From the NCBI GenBank assembly GCA_003563465.1, contig PWVH01000129.1, positions 429-64,428 on the forward strand: a stretch of 64,000 nt of DNA, in the 5' to 3' direction. This document shows positions 9,382 to 18,113 of the stretch, one piece after another; the stretch's first letter is position 1; each line of letters starts with the position of its first letter. The DNA comes from Coriobacteriaceae bacterium. GTDB lineage: Bacteria; Actinomycetota; Coriobacteriia; Anaerosomatales; SLCP01. The translations under genes and the position numbers were made by a program. Under the pieces are notes generated by a model. It worked only from the letters and a program-made list of their open reading frames with translations. It ran no database searches and had not been told where the DNA came from.

Positions 9382-10224
9382 TCAACTCATATCCTCAGCT
9401 TCGGTCGATCCGACCAGGAATAGGAGACGACCGGGGGACTCCCTGAGGCCAGCTCTTCGGTAGAGAGCACGCGACGCCAGATTCTCTTCCTGGGTGCAGA
9501 TACTAACGTCGCCGACACCGGCTCGAAGCAGGTAGGCTACCGCCTCGACAAGAAGTGCCTCGCCTATACCGCGTCGCCGTTGCGAAGGCCGCACCGCCAA
9601 CCGCCCAAGAGTCCCGCTATCACCCATGACTGTCGCCAGAGTATAGCCGATGACCCCGTATTCGGACTCGGCAACGACGATGCGATCCTCCGCGAGGTGA
9701 CTATTCAGACGCTCATGATCGCAACGCCAGAAGGAATCGAAGCACTCGTTTTCTATACACATCAGCTCGTCTAAGTCTCCCTGGCTTCCCAGACGCAACC
9801 GCACGCCCGTCGGCAGCGCTCGGCCGCTTTGCTGTGCCGAGCGGTGATCGTATCGAAGCACGACGATCGTGCAGTAAGGAGTCATCCCCGCACGCTCGTA
9901 AGGCGAAGCAGCCCCCGTAGGCACCAGCGGACTGAGTAGACGGCCGAAACCTTGTTGGCGCGCAATCCGATTTAGCTGCCCGACCAGAGCAGGGATGCGC
10001 CGTGCCGAGCACCACAGCCCCTTCACGGCCAGCACATCCAGATGGCTCCGCCACCGTTCAAGGACCGCTAACTCGCCACTTTCGGTGACCTGCACTCGCC
10101 AAGGTGCATCTGCCCGAAAGCGCTCGAGGCCCTCGAGCGTGTCAAAGAGTCCGGCACCCTGGACCACGGGCCAAAGCCTGAGGACCTCTTCGTCTCTTGC
10201 GGGATGAAGACCGTGCTCGCTCAC
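9382..10224 (-). CDS. GNAT-family N-acetyltransferase with an uncharacterised N-terminal domain of about 150 aa
   Basis: C-terminal LAVRPSQRRRGIGEALL (acetyl-CoA motif A). Start set at GTG 10224, which overlaps the upstream TGA (GTGA) and follows GAGGTGGG. The ORF-track N-terminal extension overlaps the TauE gene. Confidence 0.75.
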   Translation of the reverse strand: MSEHGLHPARDEEVLRLWPVVQGAGLFDTLEGLERFRADAPWRVQVTESGELAVLERWRSHLDVLAVKGLWCSARRIPALVGQLNRIARQQGFGRLLSPLVPTGAASPYERAGMTPYCTIVVLRYDHRSAQQSGRALPTGVRLRLGSQGDLDELMCIENECFDSFWRCDHERLNSHLAEDRIVVAESEYGVIGYTLATVMGDSGTLGRLAVRPSQRRRGIGEALLVEAVAYLLRAGVGDVSICTQEENLASRALYRRAGLRESPGRLLFLVGSTEAEDMS

Positions 10225-10991
10225 CACACGCCCACCTCGCCCACCTCGTTGAAAGCGAGTATCGCTGCCAAGACGATCAGGAAGAGGGCGAAGGCCAGTC
10301 GCACATGGTGCTCTCGTGCAACGCCCGTCAATCGAGCGCCCAAAAAGGCTCCCGGCACAGCGCCGATCGTGAGGGCGAAGGCCAGGGGTACGTCTACGTT
10401 GCCTATCGCCCAATGCGTGATCGAGCCCGGGACCGAGATCACCGTTATGGCGACCAGGCTGGTTCCTATGGCCTCCTTAAGACGCAAGCCGAAGAAGCGG
10501 TGCAGTACCGGCACGAGAACGAATCCTCCTCCAAGACCCAGAAAACCCGAGTAGAGGCCTGCGAGAGACCCGAAGAGAGCCCAGCCGCGCCACGTCCGCC
10601 GCGCCTCGCCTCCGTACTCGCCGGGAGAACCCGTAAGACCGCGCAGCAGGTCGATAGCCACCAACACTATCAGGCCCGCCGTAATCAACAGCACCACGGT
10701 GCCGCCAGCCACTCGACTCGCCATGGCACCGAGAGCGGCAGTCGGGATTCCCCATGCTCCCAGGACAAGACCGCTCCGGACTCTGGCCGACCCGCTCCAT
10801 GCATGGGTCGCAGCACCAGCCAGAGCCGCTGGCAAGACAACAGGTAGCGGAGTGCCCACCGCGATCAGCCCCGGATAGCCGAGTACGAGACGTATCGCCG
10901 GGGTGGTCACCACACCACCGCCCACTCCGAACGCCCCCGAAAGCACGCCAGCCCCAAAGCCGACCGCTGCCGTGAGCAGAGTAGCTGTCAC
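10221..10991 (-). CDS. TauE/SafE (DUF81) family sulfite/anion exporter
   Basis: 256 aa, about 8 TM helices, Gly-rich repeats (GAFGVGGGVV, GFLGLGGGFVLVP) typical of the family. Confidence 0.85.
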   Translation of the reverse strand: MTATLLTAAVGFGAGVLSGAFGVGGGVVTTPAIRLVLGYPGLIAVGTPLPVVLPAALAGAATHAWSGSARVRSGLVLGAWGIPTAALGAMASRVAGGTVVLLITAGLIVLVAIDLLRGLTGSPGEYGGEARRTWRGWALFGSLAGLYSGFLGLGGGFVLVPVLHRFFGLRLKEAIGTSLVAITVISVPGSITHWAIGNVDVPLAFALTIGAVPGAFLGARLTGVAREHHVRLAFALFLIVLAAILAFNEVGEVGVW

Positions 10992-12238
10992 AACTCCGAA
11001 TCGCCTTGCGCTACGGGGAAACGGCCCGTGATAGCGCTTCGGTCCAGACTACGTTCGCCGGTGAAAAGGGGCTTCAACGCGACATCGTTCCAGATCCTGT
11101 CCATCAGCAGCGGCCATCGACGCTGAAAATCGAAGTAGTTCTGACAGTTCTCGCGAGCGTATTCCGATGCATCCTTCAGGGCCACGCGCGCGACTCGAAG
11201 ATAGCGCCCCCCCTCCTTGCGAGAAACGCCACGCATCAGCGAGGTCGCCACGGCCCGCCATGTCACGGCGGAGGAGATGAAGATTCCTGGGTAGGGCTGC
11301 ATAGACTCCGGAGTCACCTGGCGCAGATCCAGTTGTGACTTCGCGAACTCAAGCTTACGATGCTCGTATATGAACCTGTAAACATCTTGCCTGAACTGCA
11401 ACGCCTCGCTAGAAAGCCGCGGCGGGCGGTGTATCACGGACCACTCGCCGTCGAGGAACACGTCCCCACCGTGCATTCGTGCGTTGATGACGTAGTCGAC
11501 GTCCTCTCCGCGAACCACCCAGGGGTCGAACGAGACGTTGGAGAACATATCCCTATGCAGGGTCAGACAGCCGCCGAAGGCCACGGGTGTGGGAGTGATG
11601 CGCGGTGGCCTATCGACGATCGAAAGAGTCTCGTTGAACAGGTCGCTACGGCGCCAGAAGACATCGGCCCAGTGCGGATCGTCGTGTCGCTGGTAGTTGC
11701 CTTGCTCGTCGGTGTAAAAACCAGTCTTCGCCAGGACCTTCCTTTCGCCTTCGTAGGACTCTCCTACGCCTTCGATCGATCTCTTGAGGAATGTCGGATC
11801 GTCTATGACCTGGTCATCATCGATGAACAGCACGGTCTCGGAGCCGAGGATCGCGCCAGCGATGAGACCGACATTGCGCAGTGCCCCGTAGCCCACGAGA
11901 CTCACGCCTGGAATCATGTCTGCGAACTCGAGCTGCTCCAGACGACGGTGAAGCGAGCCTAGCTCTGCAGGACCGAAAACGAACGCGTCGATGCCAGGGT
12001 AGCTTGCAAGAATCCGGCGTACTCGGTCTTCGGCCGCATGCTCAGCGGACGGGTCGGCCGACGCAACGATCACGCACACGCGTCCAAGGCCTTCGAGCTG
12101 CTCGAGTGAGCGAAGGCAGTCCGGCAGGGTGCCATCGGAGTCGATGGGTGTCGGGTGGTCGTAGACCGATAGCAGATTGTCTGAGACACGTCCACGGCGG
12201 CCCGTCCAGAATGTGGGTATTATCACACAGGGTGTCAC
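10988..12238 (-). CDS. Glycosyltransferase-like protein (GT-A fold with DxD), specific function unknown
   Basis: 416 aa with N-terminal VIIPTF and LFIDDDQVIDD (DxD-like). No TM helices. The stop overlaps the TauE start (GTGA). Family not recognised with confidence. Confidence 0.4.
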   Translation of the reverse strand: MTPCVIIPTFWTGRRGRVSDNLLSVYDHPTPIDSDGTLPDCLRSLEQLEGLGRVCVIVASADPSAEHAAEDRVRRILASYPGIDAFVFGPAELGSLHRRLEQLEFADMIPGVSLVGYGALRNVGLIAGAILGSETVLFIDDDQVIDDPTFLKRSIEGVGESYEGERKVLAKTGFYTDEQGNYQRHDDPHWADVFWRRSDLFNETLSIVDRPPRITPTPVAFGGCLTLHRDMFSNVSFDPWVVRGEDVDYVINARMHGGDVFLDGEWSVIHRPPRLSSEALQFRQDVYRFIYEHRKLEFAKSQLDLRQVTPESMQPYPGIFISSAVTWRAVATSLMRGVSRKEGGRYLRVARVALKDASEYARENCQNYFDFQRRWPLLMDRIWNDVALKPLFTGERSLDRSAITGRFPVAQGDSEL

Positions 12239-12287
12239 GTGCCGGTCGCTTTCTGATTGCGGAGTATGCTCGGCCGTTGCCGCGCAG

Positions 12288-13043
12288 CTACGATTCTACC
12301 CCTTCGGCACTAGTGGTGTGAGTGCCGTTCTGATCGTCCGCTAGTTCAGCGGGTTGTGCCCTTGTGTCGTTCTCGATTGTGTCGGCATCTCCTGCTTCAG
12401 CATGCGAGCCACATCGCTCAAGGGCATCGCGGAGGACTCCCATCGGCCGCGACCCGACGAAGAGCTCGTTGCAGATTAATGCAGCCGGCGTGGCGTCGAG
12501 ACCGAGGTGCAGCGCGACATGGCGGAAACTGTCAAGCCGCTCGTCGTAGATGCCTTCATCCCATGCACGCCTCACGTGGTCGGACTCGATTCCGACTCCT
12601 TCGGCGATATCGAGCAGAACCTCTCGCGAGCCGATGTCCCGCTCCTCGGCGAAGTAGGCACTGAAGATTGCGCGATGTACTTCTTCGTGGATGGAGTCGC
12701 CTGCATCCCGAGCAATCTCGCCGAGGACCAGTGCCTTGTGTGTGTTCGGTAGCAGGCCAGGCTGAACGAAGCGGAAGCCTTCCTTTTCTGCGATCCGCTT
12801 CAGATACTCGTCCACCCGTTCGGAGTGACCCGATCCAGTCTCATCAAGATCGATACCTTCCTCGGGCAGAGTGGGCCTGAGTTCGAAGGGCACGAGCACA
12901 GTATCGAATTCGAGTTCCTCGTCCAAAACGTCGAATCTATTCTGATCGACGTAACAGAACGGACAGGCGTAGTCGAAGAAGACGAGAACTCGCGGACGCT
13001 CCGGGACTGCTCGCTCCTGCTCGGGTGCGTGCTTCTCGGCCAT
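12288..13043 (-). CDS. DsbA/FrnE-family thiol:disulfide oxidoreductase (cytoplasmic type, no signal peptide seen)
   Basis: VLVFFDYACPFCY (CPFC active site) plus a DSBA-like helical insert. Confidence 0.8.
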   Translation of the reverse strand: MAEKHAPEQERAVPERPRVLVFFDYACPFCYVDQNRFDVLDEELEFDTVLVPFELRPTLPEEGIDLDETGSGHSERVDEYLKRIAEKEGFRFVQPGLLPNTHKALVLGEIARDAGDSIHEEVHRAIFSAYFAEERDIGSREVLLDIAEGVGIESDHVRRAWDEGIYDERLDSFRHVALHLGLDATPAALICNELFVGSRPMGVLRDALERCGSHAEAGDADTIENDTRAQPAELADDQNGTHTTSAEGVES

Positions 13044-13058
13044 CTGAAGTAAGCCCCC

Positions 13059-14072
13059 CTATTCGACGATTCCGAGTTCTCGCCCGCACTGGGAGCAGGC
13101 GCCGTTGCGCAGCGAGCTCTCGACAATGGTGTACCCTTCCCGTACCACCGCGCGTGAGCCACACGATGGACATACACTGTCCTCGCCACCCTTCTCGGCC
13201 ACGTTGCCCAGAAACACGAAGTTCAACCCCTCTTCCTTCCCGATACGTGCCGCCTCACGCAAAGTCGCAACCGGTGTCGGCTCGAGATGAGAGAAGTCCA
13301 GATACGGGAAGAAACGCGTGACGTGCCATGGCGTGTCCGGCCCTAGTCCTGACGCTATCCAGGACGCGACGGCTCTGAGTTCCTCCGCGGAGTCGTTTAT
13401 CGTGGGCACGACGTTCGTGACCACTTCGAGATGCATGCCCCAGCGATGCTTCGCAGCTTCGGCAGCCTCGAACACAGGGGCTGGTGAGGGTATCTTGCAT
13501 AGTTCGCGGTAAGCGCGGTCGGTAGCGCCCTTGACATCGACGCGCCACACGTCGACATGTTCGCCGAGGAAGTCCATGCCTTCCCTTGTGATGTAACCGT
13601 TGGTGACCATGATCGTGAACAGCCCGGCGCTGTGACACTTCTCAGCGCAGTCGCGGACGAACTCGGCCCAGATGATCGGTTCGTTGTAGGTGAAGGCGAC
13701 GCCTGGACAGCCGTTCTCGCGAGCAAGCTCGACCACTGACGTGGGCGAAAGACGCCTCGTGTGTACGGTCGAATCCTCGAGATCGGCTCGGCTGATCTGC
13801 CAGTTCTGGCAGTGCCCGCATCGCATGGAGCAGCCCAGGCTGCCGAGGGATAGAACTAGAGACCCTGGGTGATAGTGGAAGACGGGCTTCTTTTCCACGG
13901 GATCGGCGGCCACCGAGGAGACGACACCATACGTGGCCGCCTCGAGTGTCCCGCCCGAGTTCCGCCTGACTCCGCACACGCCGGTCTTGCCCTCAGCGAT
14001 CAAGCATCTCCACGGACACAGATCGCATCGGACGCGCTCGCCCTCGGCGTGCCAGACTCGCGCGACATGCAT
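13059..14072 (-). CDS. AmmeMemoRadiSam-system-type radical SAM enzyme (PFL-activase-like)
   Basis: N-terminal CDLCPWRC...GVCGVR, DPVEKKP, GCSMRCGHCQNWQIS (CxxxCxxC with the QNW-IS signature), and a C-terminal zinc ribbon CPSCG...CSQCG. Confidence 0.8.
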   Translation of the reverse strand: MHVARVWHAEGERVRCDLCPWRCLIAEGKTGVCGVRRNSGGTLEAATYGVVSSVAADPVEKKPVFHYHPGSLVLSLGSLGCSMRCGHCQNWQISRADLEDSTVHTRRLSPTSVVELARENGCPGVAFTYNEPIIWAEFVRDCAEKCHSAGLFTIMVTNGYITREGMDFLGEHVDVWRVDVKGATDRAYRELCKIPSPAPVFEAAEAAKHRWGMHLEVVTNVVPTINDSAEELRAVASWIASGLGPDTPWHVTRFFPYLDFSHLEPTPVATLREAARIGKEEGLNFVFLGNVAEKGGEDSVCPSCGSRAVVREGYTIVESSLRNGACSQCGRELGIVE

Positions 14073-14085
14073 TTGCGGCCTCCCG

Positions 14086-15879
14086 TCAGCCTGGGGCGAT
14101 CCTCACCTGGTCGCGTCCACGTCCCTTGGCTCCGTACAGTGCCCTGTCAGCCGCTTCGAGCAGTGCGTCGGCATCCGCGATTCCGGGGCCTGCCGATGCC
14201 AAGCCGATCGAGATGGTCACCGCGACGTCTCCGGTGCGATCGGGTCCTGGCAAAGGCACTTCGCGTTCAGCGACTGCCGCTCTCAGCTTCTCAGCTACAG
14301 CATAGCCCGCTGTCTTGCTGACGCCGGGCAGGATCAGAGCGAACTCGTCGCCTCCGAAGCGGGAGGGGATATCGGTCTCGCGCAGCACCTCTTTCATGAT
14401 TTCAGCGGTGGCCGAGAGGACCGCGTCTCCGGTGACGTGCCCGTATCGATCGTTTACCGCCTTGAAGCCGTCGATATCTATCATGAGCAGCGTCAGCGGT
14501 GTGCCATAGCGCTGGAAACGTGCGAACTCGCTCGCCAACCTCTCAGAAAACGCACGCCGGTTCCAAAGCCCTGTCAGCGAATCGAGCGTCGCCGACTCCT
14601 TCAGAATGCTGTTGGCCTCCTCGAGACGCTTTCGTTGCAGCGGGAAACACATATCCCAAGTCGAATCGGCGGCCAGTATGGCCTCCGCGTGCTCAACGCA
14701 CGTATCATGCCCGCACGCGCCGCAGTCCAGCACGGTTTGACGATCGAATTCTCCTTCGACTAGGCAAGCGTCGATCTCCTGGGTGGTGAACACCCGCCTG
14801 AGCACGGGAGCGGCCGTGAAGGAGCGAGCAAGTTCGATCCGCGGCAAGTGTGCAAGCAGTGAGGTCGTATCGAAAGGGATCGATGGCCCTTGCGAGCCTG
14901 AGGAGGCGATCGCCCTTTTCGCGAACACCGATAGTTCGGAACCCGTTGCCGGACCGTCGATGCATCCGTCACAACAGAGCATGTCGACCACGAAGGGCTC
15001 AGTCTCTCCTCTCTGGATGCCGCCCAAAAGATCGTCTATCTCCTTCAGGCCGCGCACGGTCACCACGTCTCGAGACGTCATGTCGTACGACGCGAGTGTG
15101 CGCCGCGGAAACCCGTCGATCAGCGACAGCTCTTTCACCGGCGCAGGGCGGCGAGAACCAAGCTCAACACCCACTGGAGACGAGCGTTGGCTCGAAGACG
15201 CCGAGAGCATGTCCCTCAACTCTCCGAAATCGATTGTGACATCCACCGAGCCATCGAAAGCTGGATCGTCGACCTCGTCCTTGCGAGCGAAGCACGGCGA
15301 GACGTACACGACGGCCACGTCCTCGGGATACAGCGCCTTGATAAGTCTTGCTTGTGCCACATATGGCGGAACTATTGGTGCCAGCGCCGGGACGAGTGCG
15401 GGATGGAATCGGCGCACCCATGCGACAGCCACCGGACAAGTCGAGCGCAAGACGATAGACTTCGTCCGCTGATCATGGCAGCGCTCGTACTCCAACGCCA
15501 CCATCTCTTCGCCAAGCAGGGTGGTCTCCACGGAGAAGAAGCCTGCATCCTCGAGAGACGCCTCCACCTCAGCAGGACCCATCGGGTGCAGGGCAGCGAT
15601 GAACTCCGTGGCAAGCAACGCCACGACTGGCCGCTCTCCTGCCAGCAGTTCGTGTACCAGGGGCAGGTCGTCACGGACCGTGTGCGCTCCTCGCGAGCAC
15701 GCTGTCACGCAGGCACCACACTTGACGCAACGCTCCTGGATGACCTTCGATCGCCTGTCCACGACACGGATGGCTCCCGCAGGACAGACCCGAACGCAGC
15801 CCCAGCATTCCCGACAGGATTCGCCCGGTCCTTCGATGAGTAGGCCGCTCTCGGACGGCGGATGTACTGGACGGCCCAT
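14086..15879 (-). CDS. Sensory-type [FeFe]-hydrogenase-like protein fused to a GGDEF diguanylate cyclase
   Basis: Contains 2x CxxCxxCxxxC(P). H-domain motifs are RSTCP, SPCFARKDE and VDMLCCDGCIDGP. These are followed by CGACGHDTC-x16-C, then RETD-x5-GGDEF. Start at ATG 15879 (AGGAGG 5 nt upstream). Confidence 0.85.
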   Translation of the reverse strand: MGRPVHPPSESGLLIEGPGESCRECWGCVRVCPAGAIRVVDRRSKVIQERCVKCGACVTACSRGAHTVRDDLPLVHELLAGERPVVALLATEFIAALHPMGPAEVEASLEDAGFFSVETTLLGEEMVALEYERCHDQRTKSIVLRSTCPVAVAWVRRFHPALVPALAPIVPPYVAQARLIKALYPEDVAVVYVSPCFARKDEVDDPAFDGSVDVTIDFGELRDMLSASSSQRSSPVGVELGSRRPAPVKELSLIDGFPRRTLASYDMTSRDVVTVRGLKEIDDLLGGIQRGETEPFVVDMLCCDGCIDGPATGSELSVFAKRAIASSGSQGPSIPFDTTSLLAHLPRIELARSFTAAPVLRRVFTTQEIDACLVEGEFDRQTVLDCGACGHDTCVEHAEAILAADSTWDMCFPLQRKRLEEANSILKESATLDSLTGLWNRRAFSERLASEFARFQRYGTPLTLLMIDIDGFKAVNDRYGHVTGDAVLSATAEIMKEVLRETDIPSRFGGDEFALILPGVSKTAGYAVAEKLRAAVAEREVPLPGPDRTGDVAVTISIGLASAGPGIADADALLEAADRALYGAKGRGRDQVRIAPG

Positions 15880-15952
15880 CAACACCTCCTGCAAGACATC
15901 CGTCTTGCCGTCTGCCGTGAATCAAAGCTCTATTCGCTGTTCACTCTCTAGA

Positions 15953-16522
15953 CTAGCCGTGGTTTCTTCCGCCGAGAAGCCCCGCTGCATCCAAGCGCCT
16001 CATAAGCGTGGCCAACGGCAACCCCAAACCGTAGACGACGACCGCTTGACCGAAGCCCACGGTAGCCACTCCGAGCAGGTATATGACAACCCGTCCACTA
16101 CCGACATCCAGACCCAAGAACTGTTGCTGGTCGAGGCCTAGAGCCGCCAGAAGCACTGGGAGATACACTGGGACAATCAGCGCGTTGCTGAAAACGGGGC
16201 CTGCAAGCGCAAATCCGACTCGCTCACGAAAGCGCCACGTCCATGCCGCGCCGAGCAGGGTCGCGATGGATCCGAAGACCACATCAAGAAGTCCCACCGG
16301 GCCGACCGCCCCGACGAGGGTCGCGTTTGCGGCAGCCGTGCCTATCGCAAGACCCGGAACCGCTGCTGGAGTGAACAGAGCGAGCACGGTGAGCGCTTCA
16401 CTCAGGCGGAACTGCACCGGACCCCATCCCAATTGAGCGGGCATCTGAAGAACGGCAAGCGTCGCTGCAGCATGGACTGCGGCGATGACTCCCGCCTGGG
16501 CGATGTAGCGCGTCCTGTTCAC
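15953..16522 (-). CDS. queT: QueT-family queuosine-precursor transporter
   Basis: 189 aa, 5-6 TM helices, with the PVQFRLSEALTVL motif typical of QueT (PF06177). GTG start with GGGAG upstream. Confidence 0.75.
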   Translation of the reverse strand: MNRTRYIAQAGVIAAVHAAATLAVLQMPAQLGWGPVQFRLSEALTVLALFTPAAVPGLAIGTAAANATLVGAVGPVGLLDVVFGSIATLLGAAWTWRFRERVGFALAGPVFSNALIVPVYLPVLLAALGLDQQQFLGLDVGSGRVVIYLLGVATVGFGQAVVVYGLGLPLATLMRRLDAAGLLGGRNHG

Positions 16523-16628
16523 CGGCGGACTCCCATGTGCGGATGCTCGCGGATTCTAGCATACGGCCGGAACGGGCGTGCGCTCGAGCGAGAGGTCGAG
16601 TGCTTCGCTCCCCATCCGAGATGGCTGC

Positions 16629-18113
16629 TCAGGACAGCTTGTTTCTGGGAAGGCTCACGGTGAACGTCGTCCCCTCGCCCAGCGAACTGTGCACCTCGAT
16701 GCTCCCGCCCATCACATCCACGTTCGCCTTCGCGATAGCCAAACCCAGCCCGAAACCACCGTGAGAGTCGGAGCGTGAACTCTCCGAGCGATAGAAGCGC
16801 TCAAAGATGCTGTCCATCTCCTCGGCAGGAATGCCGATTCCCGTATCTTCTACCTCGAAGACGAGCACGTCACCCTTGACGCGTGTAGATAGCGAGACCC
16901 GACCGCCGGGAGGCGTGTACTTACAGGCATTGTCGAGCAGGACGGAAAGCACGGTCTCGATGCGGCTCGGGTTGCCGATCATGTCGATAGTGCCCTCATC
17001 CGGTCCCTCGAACGCCAGCCCCTTGGATTGATAACGAGTTGCACTCATCGCCAAGACCTCACGGCAGAGCGCATTCGCGTCGAGAGACTCCCGGCCCAAG
17101 TCGGCGACCTGTTCGCTCCTCAAAAGAATCAGCAGATCGCCACAGAGCCTGGCCATTCGGCGTGACTCGCGATCGATTGCAGACACTGCCTCATCTCGAA
17201 CCTCAGCGTCGTCCCCTCCCCAGGCCTTCAAGATGTTCGTATACCCTCTGATTCCAGCAACTGGCGTCGACAACTCGTGAGAGACGTCCGCCATGAATCT
17301 GGTCTGCATCTCCGCCCGTCGGCTGAGTCTATCGATGAGCCTGTTGACCGATCGAGCGAGCTCGACGATCTCGCGCCATCCTTCCTCGGGAAGCCTCACG
17401 TCGAGCCGTCCTGCATCAATCGAGTCCGCCGCCCTGCGCAGGTTTCCCACCGGCCCCAGAGCCCATCCCACAGCGACTCGCACCACGACCAAAACGATCA
17501 ATACGGCAAGGACTGCCAGTGCAGCCATCAGGGCACGAGCAGAGTCGATGACCGCTTCCTCGCGATCGGGCAGGTAGACGACATCTAGCACACCGCGAAC
17601 TCCGCCGGGAACATCGACAGGAACGTGAACGGCGTAGATTCCCAGCCGAGCCGGGCCGATCATGTTCGAAAACACGCTGCGACGCTCGACCGTGTGCTCC
17701 AACGGCTGACCTAACGACAGGGCACGCTCCCGCTCGTGGACGCCGTCGACTACGGCTCGTCCGCTGCTGGACCACTCCGGTTCAATCCTGTCGCCGTAGT
17801 AGAAGGCGAACTCGCCCGTCGATGGGTAAGCGATGCGCAGGGCCAGCGGGAATTCTTCAAAGAAGCGAGCCTCCGTCTCCCGGTCCCAGTCGTCGCCTGT
17901 CAGTCCGATTGCGCTCGATTCGACTGAGACTTCTGATGACAGTGCTCGAGCGACCTTATCGGCGTTGGCGGCCAACGCCGTGACCTGCTCGTTCGCGGCG
18001 TCAGCCATCCCGTCCAAGACCACATAGAGAGCAAGCGCAAACCCACCTGAGATAAGCAAGGCGAGCGGGAGCGAAACGAGAAGCATCCACGTACTGAATG
18101 ACGAACGGCGCAT
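16629..18113 (-). CDS. Sensor histidine kinase (2 TM, periplasmic domain, HAMP, HisKA, HATPase_c)
   Basis: FMADVSHELSTPV H-box, LLDNACKYT N-box, DTGIGIP and GGFGLGLAI G-boxes. Confidence 0.9.
   Translation of the reverse strand: MRRSSFSTWMLLVSLPLALLISGGFALALYVVLDGMADAANEQVTALAANADKVARALSSEVSVESSAIGLTGDDWDRETEARFFEEFPLALRIAYPSTGEFAFYYGDRIEPEWSSSGRAVVDGVHERERALSLGQPLEHTVERRSVFSNMIGPARLGIYAVHVPVDVPGGVRGVLDVVYLPDREEAVIDSARALMAALAVLAVLIVLVVVRVAVGWALGPVGNLRRAADSIDAGRLDVRLPEEGWREIVELARSVNRLIDRLSRRAEMQTRFMADVSHELSTPVAGIRGYTNILKAWGGDDAEVRDEAVSAIDRESRRMARLCGDLLILLRSEQVADLGRESLDANALCREVLAMSATRYQSKGLAFEGPDEGTIDMIGNPSRIETVLSVLLDNACKYTPPGGRVSLSTRVKGDVLVFEVEDTGIGIPAEEMDSIFERFYRSESSRSDSHGGFGLGLAIAKANVDVMGGSIEVHSSLGEGTTFTVSLPRNKLS

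Noticed and set aside
16523-16628. Looked for a preQ1 riboswitch in the queT leader, since QueT genes often have one.
   Set aside because: The leader is short and GC-rich. I could not find the preQ1-I core (a short hairpin followed by an A-rich tail ending ..AAAAAACUA) or a preQ1-II/III-like pseudoknot. Only a TGCTAGAAT -10-like element was seen. A covariance-model scan would be needed to exclude it fully.
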